From NCBI GenBank assembly GCA_965214935.1, contig CBDCCS010000018.1:352001-416000 (forward strand): a DNA stretch of 64,000 nucleotides, in the 5' to 3' direction. The DNA is from Candidatus Velthaea sp. (GTDB taxonomy: Bacteria > Vulcanimicrobiota > Vulcanimicrobiia > Vulcanimicrobiales > Vulcanimicrobiaceae). Positions 57,673 through 64,000 of this stretch are shown here, in pieces. The notes beneath the pieces were generated by a model, which did no database searches, was not told the DNA's origin, and was given only the letters and a program-made list of their open reading frames with translations. Numbering within the stretch: position 1 is the stretch's first letter; the number at the start of each line of letters is the position of its first letter. The translations under genes and the position numbers were made by a program.

Positions 57673-59286
57673 ATGAACAGGGAACCCGCTACCTTCGCAT
57701 GGGACGTTCCGCCGGATTTTAATTTCGCGCGCGATGTCGTCGACGTCTTGCCCGCGGAGCGGCGCGGCCTGCTCTTCGCCGATACCGCGGGGAAGCGCAC
57801 CGAAGTGACGTTCGGCGCGATTGCCGAGCAATCGCAGCGATGGGCGGCGGTTCTGCGCGCGGCCGGCGTCGGCAAAGGCGACCGCGTGCTCATCGTGTTG
57901 CCGAAGATACCGGATTGGCTCTTCGCGATGCTGGCGCTTCTCCGCCTCGGTGCCGTTGCGGTGCCCGGCGCCGAACAGCTCCGTGCCAAAGACCTCTTAT
58001 TTCGCGCAACACATGCCGGCGCGACGACGGCGATCGCCCATATCGATAACGCCGGAGAAGTTGATGCGATCGCCGCGGAGGCTCCGCACGTGCGCAGCTA
58101 CTTGCTCGTCGGCGGCACCCGCGACGGCTGGACGGCCGTCGAGCCGCTGCTTGCCGCCGCACGGCTCGATACCGGCAACCCGACGGCCAGCGACGATCCG
58201 GCATATATCGTGTATACCAGCGGGACAACGAAAGATCCCAAGGGCGTCGTTCACCGCGTTGCTTATACGTATGCCAAGCGCATGGCGGCAATGTTCTGGT
58301 TCGATTGCCGGCCGAACGATCTCGTTTGGTGTACGGCCGGTACGGGTTGGGCGAAGTCGCTTTGGAGCGTTCTTCTCGGACCGTGGTCGTGCGGTTCGTG
58401 CATCGTCTTGCATGAAGGCGGCTTTACGCCCGAAGCACGGCTGGATCTCATCCGCGATCTGGGCGTCAACGTGCTCTGCCAGGCGCCGACGGAGTACCGG
58501 CTCGAGGCGAAATTAGCCGACCTCGGCACGCGCTGGCAACTACCCGCGCTACGCCACTGCGTTTCGGCGGGCGAACCGCTCAATCCCGAAGTACTGGCGC
58601 GTTGGAAGGCGGCCTTCGGGCTGACGATTTATGACGGCTACGGGCAAACCGAGAATACGCTGCTGGTCGCAAATTTGCCGCAAATGACCGTTCGTCCGGG
58701 TTCGATGGGCAAGCCGACACCCGGTCACGACGTCGGAATCGTCGACGACGACGGTCAGCCGTGCGCGCGCGGGGTCGTCGGCAACATCGCTTTGCGCGGC
58801 CGCCCGCCATCGTTGTTCGCCGGCTACTATCGCAATGACGCCGAGACTGCGGCGACGCGCCGCGGCGAATGGTATCTCACCGGCGATCGGGCGCAAGTCG
58901 ACGACGACGGTTATTATTGGTTCGTCGGCCGGTCGGACGACGTTATTTCCTCGGGCGCCTATCGGATCGGACCCTTCGAGGTTGAAAGCGCCCTGCTCGA
59001 ACATCCGGCGGTCGCCGAGTCCGCAGTCGTCGGCTCGCCCGATGCCGATCGCGGTAACATCGTCAAGGCGTTTGTCGTCTTGCGTCCCGGTTGCGTGGCG
59101 TCGCCGCAACTCGTGCGCGAATTGCAAGACCATTGCAAACGCGTGACGGCGCCCTACAAATATCCGCGCGAAATCGAGTTTGTAAGCGAACTGCCAAAGA
59201 CGCGCTCCGGCAAAATCCGGAGGGTCGAATTACGCCAATCCGAGTTGTTGAAAAAGGGCGCCACGGCCGCCAGCGGTTTCCTCTAA
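57673..59286 (+). CDS. Acyl-CoA synthetase (ACSM-like AMP-binding protein)
   Basis: YTSGTT..PKG, YGQTE, GRSDD, PYKYPR, LPKT.SGKI. Confidence 0.94.
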   Translation: MNREPATFAWDVPPDFNFARDVVDVLPAERRGLLFADTAGKRTEVTFGAIAEQSQRWAAVLRAAGVGKGDRVLIVLPKIPDWLFAMLALLRLGAVAVPGAEQLRAKDLLFRATHAGATTAIAHIDNAGEVDAIAAEAPHVRSYLLVGGTRDGWTAVEPLLAAARLDTGNPTASDDPAYIVYTSGTTKDPKGVVHRVAYTYAKRMAAMFWFDCRPNDLVWCTAGTGWAKSLWSVLLGPWSCGSCIVLHEGGFTPEARLDLIRDLGVNVLCQAPTEYRLEAKLADLGTRWQLPALRHCVSAGEPLNPEVLARWKAAFGLTIYDGYGQTENTLLVANLPQMTVRPGSMGKPTPGHDVGIVDDDGQPCARGVVGNIALRGRPPSLFAGYYRNDAETAATRRGEWYLTGDRAQVDDDGYYWFVGRSDDVISSGAYRIGPFEVESALLEHPAVAESAVVGSPDADRGNIVKAFVVLRPGCVASPQLVRELQDHCKRVTAPYKYPREIEFVSELPKTRSGKIRRVELRQSELLKKGATAASGFL

Positions 59287-60230
59287 AGCAGAATGGGTTG
59301 CAGCGCCGGTGCGATTGCCAAACGGTCGCCGACGACCGCCGGCGCAAGCAGCGATAGGCCCGCTTTAGCAAGCAACGTGCTGCCCTTCGGCCCCAGTAAG
59401 AAGGCAACGAAGGCCGCCCCGCCCGCCGGATTGGCAGCGTTCGTCGGAATCGTCAAGGCGTAGACGCTCGGCGCTCCGGTGTAGGTGTGCGTCCCGACAT
59501 TTACCGACGCCGTTGCATATTGCGTAGCGTATTTCGGGTCGCCCAGATTGATCTGCGGCGGAAGTTCGAGGGCCGGCAAACCGCGCGAAACGGATTCCGT
59601 CGAGTACGCCCACAGCGCGTCGAGGTCACCGCTTGCGAGGCGGGCCAACGCGTCTTCTTCGGGAAGGATTTGTTGCGGGTTTCGGTCGTCACCCAAAACT
59701 GCGCGCGCGAGGCCGGGCCGCTTGTAAAACGCTTGCGCGAGTTGCATGACCAAAAGCACCCGGTAGCCTTTGGGATCTTGGCCCGGATCGGTTCGCGCCG
59801 TGACGACGCCGGACTCGAGCAAGACGTCGTACCACGTCTTCGAATCCGCCGCCGCAGCAGCGAAGTCGGCGGCATGTCGGCCGGCTAATGAGTATGCTAA
59901 AACGATGCGAGTGGCCGCAAAGGTCGCATACCATTTCGCCGCATCGTGCGCGGCCGAGCCGCGCAGCGAGTCGATCGCCGCGGTATCGGCCGAGATGAAG
60001 ACATCGGGCGTGCGCAACCCGTCGCGAATCAAGTTCGCAAGCGCCGTGCTGCCTTTGCCTTCACCCTCGTACTGATAGCCGCCGGCGGCGAACGCCGGAC
60101 CGATTGATTTTTCCATTGCCGTTACAAGCGAACCGGCATATGCGACGCGGACGGTAGTATCGGCCGCTTGAACGCAGGGGGGAATCGCAGCGGTCGCACC
60201 CGCTGCGGCCAGGAAAACGGATCTCTTCAA
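59283..60230 (-). CDS. Tungstate/molybdate-binding periplasmic protein (WtpA/ModA-like)
   Basis: AGSL, GS, DVFISAD, TDP..DPKGYR. Confidence 0.82.
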   Translation of the reverse strand: MKRSVFLAAAGATAAIPPCVQAADTTVRVAYAGSLVTAMEKSIGPAFAAGGYQYEGEGKGSTALANLIRDGLRTPDVFISADTAAIDSLRGSAAHDAAKWYATFAATRIVLAYSLAGRHAADFAAAAADSKTWYDVLLESGVVTARTDPGQDPKGYRVLLVMQLAQAFYKRPGLARAVLGDDRNPQQILPEEDALARLASGDLDALWAYSTESVSRGLPALELPPQINLGDPKYATQYATASVNVGTHTYTGAPSVYALTIPTNAANPAGGAAFVAFLLGPKGSTLLAKAGLSLLAPAVVGDRLAIAPALQPILL

Positions 60231-60295
60231 CCGGCAAGCTCCTCGACGAATCGGCCGGCGTTAGAACGTTCGAGGACGTCCGGCCACGCCGTTGC

Positions 60296-60649
60296 CTATT
60301 GACTCATGCTGAGGTTACGAAACATTTGCATGCGTGAATCGGCCGCTGCAGCTTCCTTCGCCGCCATCGCCTTGGTCTTGGGATCCTTGCCGCATGCGGC
60401 TTCAATTTTCAAGAGCATCATCGAGCCTTTTTCGCGGTCCATCATCATCGCCGCGAAATCCTTGTCGACATCGCCGGTCGACGTCATCGCCGTGCCCTTC
60501 GCGGCCGTCGACATCATCGTGCCGGCCTGGGTACAATCCGGCTTCATCGCATCGCTTTTCATCATCGAGTCGTTGGATTGGGCCGAAGCGATTCCCGATA
60601 GTGAAGCGGCCGTCGCGAGCGTGAGGCTGAGAACAAGAGCTTTGGTCAT
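60296..60649 (-). CDS. Exported Met-rich DUF305-like protein
   Basis: Signal peptide, TGDVDKDFAAMM, GKDP. Confidence 0.6.
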   Translation of the reverse strand: MTKALVLSLTLATAASLSGIASAQSNDSMMKSDAMKPDCTQAGTMMSTAAKGTAMTSTGDVDKDFAAMMMDREKGSMMLLKIEAACGKDPKTKAMAAKEAAAADSRMQMFRNLSMSQ

Positions 60650-60764
60650 GGAACGTCCTTTAATTAACGGCTTGTTGCGCTAGCCGCGCAAACGAGTACA
60701 GCCGGATGCTACTGCATCCGGCCGTACTCGCACGGTAAGCCGCCTTACATGTCCACGCGCGCGG

Positions 60765-62060
60765 CTAAGCCGCTTCGAGTGCTTGACGCAGATCGGCAAT
60801 GATGTCGCCTGCGTCTTCGATGCCGATCGAGAGACGGATCGTATCCGCGCTGACGCCGGTGCCGATTTGTTCTTCGATGGTCAGCTGTTGATGGGTGGTC
60901 GACGCCGGATGAATAACGAGTGATTTTGCATCACCGACGTTTGCGAGAAGACTAAAGAGTTTGAGCCGGTCGATGAATGCGCGCGCTTCGGCTGCACCGC
61001 CGGAGATACCGAACGTGAGAATCGCGCCCTGCCCGCCGGGCAGATATTTCAACGCCCGGGCATGCGAGGCGTGCCGTTCGAGTCCCGGGTACGATACCCA
61101 GACGACGCCCGGATGTCCGTCGAGGAACTCCGCGACTTTTTGCGCGTTGGCGCAATGACGTTCGACGCGTAGACCCAGCGTTTCGAGGCCCTGCAGCAGC
61201 AGCCACGCGTTGAACGGTGAGAGTGCCGCGCCGAGATCGCGCAAAAGTTGCACGCGCGCCTTGATGATATACGCGAGTTTGCCGAATGACTCGACGTAGC
61301 GCACGCCGTGGTACGAAGCATCGGGTTCGTTGAAGTCCGGAAAGCGGCCTGAGGCGGCCCAATCAAAATTCCCCGAATCGATCATCACGCCGCCGATCGT
61401 CGTGCCGTGGCCGCCGATAAATTTCGTCGCCGAATGAACGACGACATCGGCGCCCCATTCGATCGGACGCAACAGATACGGCGTCGCCAGCGTGTTATCG
61501 ATAATGAGCGGAACATCGTTTTCATGTGCGACTTTCGCGATGCCCTCCACGTCGAGGACGTCGATTTTCGGATTACCGATCGATTCAGCGAAAATTGCCT
61601 TAGTGTTGGGGCGAATCGCGCGCCGAAAATTCTCCAAGTCGCCCGGATCGACCAAGCTGACTTCGATACCGAAACGCGGCAGCGTGTGGGTAAATGCATT
61701 ATACGATCCACCGTACAGCGATGCCGAACTGACGATGTGATCGCCGGCGCGCGCAAGATTCAAGATCGCATACACGCAGGCGGCCTGACCGCTGGCAACC
61801 GCAAGTCCGCCGACGCCTTTTTCGAGTTGCGCCAGTCGTTGTTCGAGCACGTCGGTCGTCGGATTCATGATCCGGGTGTAAATGTTGCCGAATTGTTCGA
61901 GCGCGAATAACCGCGCGGCGTGGTCGGTGTCGTCGAAGGTGAACGACGTCGTCTGGTAGATTGGAACGGCGCGCGACTTCGTCGTCGGGTCGCCGGCATG
62001 CGCGCCGTGAATCGCGACGGTATCGAATCCGAACGCGGCGCTGTCGAGAGTACTGCTCAT
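60765..62060 (-). CDS. metY: O-acetylhomoserine aminocarboxypropyltransferase (sulfhydrylase)
   Basis: [48 protein letters not shown]. Confidence 0.95.
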   Translation of the reverse strand: MSSTLDSAAFGFDTVAIHGAHAGDPTTKSRAVPIYQTTSFTFDDTDHAARLFALEQFGNIYTRIMNPTTDVLEQRLAQLEKGVGGLAVASGQAACVYAILNLARAGDHIVSSASLYGGSYNAFTHTLPRFGIEVSLVDPGDLENFRRAIRPNTKAIFAESIGNPKIDVLDVEGIAKVAHENDVPLIIDNTLATPYLLRPIEWGADVVVHSATKFIGGHGTTIGGVMIDSGNFDWAASGRFPDFNEPDASYHGVRYVESFGKLAYIIKARVQLLRDLGAALSPFNAWLLLQGLETLGLRVERHCANAQKVAEFLDGHPGVVWVSYPGLERHASHARALKYLPGGQGAILTFGISGGAAEARAFIDRLKLFSLLANVGDAKSLVIHPASTTHQQLTIEEQIGTGVSADTIRLSIGIEDAGDIIADLRQALEAA

Positions 62061-62073
62061 TGTCGTGCCTTTC

Positions 62074-62108
62074 AAGAAAAAGCCCCCGCCGGTGGTCCGG
62101 CGAGGGCT
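62074..62108 (-). terminator. Attenuator terminator upstream of metY
   Basis: Minus strand AGCCCTCGCCGG-ACCA-CCGGCGGGGGCT-TTTTCTT. Confidence 0.8.
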
Positions 62109-62139
62109 GTAGATCGATCGAACTGCTACGCGCGACCAG

Positions 62140-62205
62140 CTACACTGTCCCTCGCAAGGGGCAGCACATCATCATGGTCCGGATGCGACGGGCGGCGCGG
62201 TTCAT
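62140..62205 (-). CDS. Putative metY leader peptide [21 protein letters not shown]
   Basis: 21 codons with a Met-Met-Met-Cys-Cys run; 3' part is complementary to the terminator 5' arm. Confidence 0.75.
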   Translation of the reverse strand: MNRAARRIRTMMMCCPLRGTV

Positions 62206-62309
62206 TGCGCGACGGTACCACCGCAGTCCGTGGTGCGTCAAGCGTTTGAGCGACGAATCGAGTAGGTTGCGGGCCGGAATCGGCGCATTACGGTCGCTAC
62301 GGTGAAAGC

Positions 62310-63320
62310 ATGAAAGCGGTCCGGCTCAATGCCATCGGCGGTCCGCAGCAATTGCACGTCGAAACGATCGCCGATCCGACACCGGCGGCCGGCGAGGTGC
62401 TGGTCAACATCAAACGTGCCGCCCTCAACCGGCGTGACGTTTTCATCAGCCAAGGACTCTATCCCGGCATCGTGTTACCGCGGACGCTCGGCTCGGACGG
62501 ATGCGGCATCGTCGCCGCGCTTGGATCGGGTGTGACCGGACCGGCCGTCGGGACACCGGTCGTGATCGATCCGATGCTCGATTGGGGAGCCGACCCGCGC
62601 GTCTGGGACGCAACGCGCAGCGGTCTGTTGGGCATGCCGCGCGACGGCACGTTTGCACAGTACGTAACGGTTCCCGCGCAAAACGTCTATCCCAAGCCGG
62701 TGCACCTCTCCGATGCGGAGGCGGCGGCGATTCCGCTGGCCGGCCTCACCGCATATCGAGCGCTGATCGCGCGCGGCGGCGTAACCCCGGCCGACGTCGT
62801 CCTTATAACGGGCGTCGGCGGCGGCGTGCAGTCGTTCGTACTCCTCTTCGCCGTCTCGCTTGGAGCGCGTACGATCGTAACTTCGTCGAGCGACGAAAAA
62901 CTGGAGCGCGCCACGGCGATGGGAGCGAGTGTTGCCATTAATTACAAGACGTCGCCCAATTGGTCGAAAGACGTGCGCGCGGCCGCCGGCGGTGACGGTC
63001 CGAGTTTGATCGTGGATTCAGCCGGCGGGGAGACGTTCAGCCGATGTTTGGATATCGCGCGTCCGGGAGCACGCATCGTCACCTACGGCGGGACTGCGCC
63101 CAAAGCGGAAGTTCGCCTGTTTTCGATTTTTTGGAAGCATCTCGATATTCTCGGCACCTCGATGGGTTCGGCTCAAGATTTTGGCGCTATGTTAAGGCTG
63201 TTCGAGACCGGAATCAAACCGGCAGTCGACGACGTCGTGCCGATGAGTGATGTTGCGGCGGCCGCCGAACGGCTCGACGCGTCCTTGCAGTTCGGTAAAA
63301 TCGTTCTCGCCGTCGACTAA
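62310..63320 (+). CDS. MDR-family (zinc-type/NADPH:quinone) oxidoreductase
   Basis: ALNRRD, LGSDGCG, GTFAQY, GVGGGV, GKIVL. Confidence 0.9.
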   Translation: MKAVRLNAIGGPQQLHVETIADPTPAAGEVLVNIKRAALNRRDVFISQGLYPGIVLPRTLGSDGCGIVAALGSGVTGPAVGTPVVIDPMLDWGADPRVWDATRSGLLGMPRDGTFAQYVTVPAQNVYPKPVHLSDAEAAAIPLAGLTAYRALIARGGVTPADVVLITGVGGGVQSFVLLFAVSLGARTIVTSSSDEKLERATAMGASVAINYKTSPNWSKDVRAAAGGDGPSLIVDSAGGETFSRCLDIARPGARIVTYGGTAPKAEVRLFSIFWKHLDILGTSMGSAQDFGAMLRLFETGIKPAVDDVVPMSDVAAAAERLDASLQFGKIVLAVD

Positions 63321-64000
63321 GCTGGCGTTCGACGCAGCGCGTATTCTTGCAGCACTCGTTGCCCCGAGTCGAACCCGGAAAGCGGATCGAGCAGGCGGGC
63401 TTCACTCGGGCTTGCCGTTCGCGCTGTGCGCTCGACGACGCGACCCTCACGCTCGAGCGCAATGAGGTGAGCGGCAATCTGTGCGGCGGCAGCCGTTTGC
63501 AGCGACGGTGCAAGTCCGGCATATAGCGCTTCAACGAGCGCCGGGATCGTGGCCGAAGCGCGATCCAAAGCCGCGACGATCTGCGCTTCGCGTGCTTTGC
63601 GATGTTCGATGTATTCGCTTATTTTTGCGCGCGGCGTGTGAACCGGAGGGCCGTGGCCGCCGTAGATGACCTCGGCATCGGCATAATCGCGCAGTAGACG
63701 CGCAAGCGATAGCTGGTACGCGCGCATGTCCCCGGACGGCGGCGCGATAAGCACCGAACCGCTGCCGACGATGAGGTCGCCGGTAAAGAGTGCGCGTCGT
63801 GCAGCAAGCCAAAACACGAGATGATCGGCGGCATGACCGGGCGTGTGCAGCGCATCGATTTCGGCGTCGCCGAAAAGCAGCCGTGCGCCGTCATCGAGGG
63901 GCCGGTCGTAACCGAACGTCGCGCTGCGATGCGCGTAGACCGGAGCCCCGGTCAGCCGGCCTAACGCATGTGCGCCCGGATAGTGATCGCGATGTCCGTG
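63317..64000 (-). CDS. MBL-fold metallo-hydrolase (LACTB2-like), 5' end off the window
   Basis: HGHRDH, HTPGHAADH, FTGD, GGHG. Confidence 0.85.
   Translation of the reverse strand, partial: HGHRDHYPGAHALGRLTGAPVYAHRSATFGYDRPLDDGARLLFGDAEIDALHTPGHAADHLVFWLAARRALFTGDLIVGSGSVLIAPPSGDMRAYQLSLARLLRDYADAEVIYGGHGPPVHTPRAKISEYIEHRKAREAQIVAALDRASATIPALVEALYAGLAPSLQTAAAAQIAAHLIALEREGRVVERTARTASPSEARLLDPLSGFDSGQRVLQEYALRRTPA

Noticed and set aside
62074..62260. SAM riboswitch upstream of metY
   Set aside because: No SAM-I or SAM-II core sequences recognised; the leader-peptide model explains the region better.
1..64000. CRISPR arrays, tRNA/rRNA genes, transposases or integrases
   Set aside because: None recognised by eye in this window.

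Overview
GC-rich bacterial window. The Cys-rich TonB-dependent-receptor-like protein and overall gene style suggest Vulcanimicrobiota/Eremiobacterota; this is an inference. The main feature is a ~23 kb flagellum-derived type III export cluster (~11.7-34.9 kb). It has a complete export gate and ATPase complex (fliP/Q/R, flhA/B, fliH/I/J, fliO), reduced ring and rod genes (truncated flgB, flgC, fliE, a FliF with a FliG-like tail, fliM/N, three small FlgE/F/G-type proteins, a FliK-like protein), an SLT and a divergent sigma-28. No flagellin, cap, hook-junction, L/P-ring, stator or chemotaxis gene is recognisable in this window. Instead the cluster carries Cys-free, Gly/Gln-rich candidate substrates: two paralogous Hrp-pilin-like small proteins, harpin-like proteins, and a GDPH (MIIA/DUF1521-like) autocleavage protein. 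It also carries a candidate nuclease toxin-immunity pair. Three of these substrate units share the exact upstream motif CCTWGAAAAA-N12-CGTGATAR and the toxin pair has a weaker copy, suggesting a non-motile, injectisome-like secretion system with its own sigma regulon. The flanks hold a GntR/TonB catabolic locus, housekeeping genes, egtD beside a betaine-type ABC importer, ppk1, a multi-PAS hybrid kinase, Grx4/BolA, and metY preceded by an apparent MMMCC leader-peptide attenuator. All calls come from reading the sequence; no database search was run.
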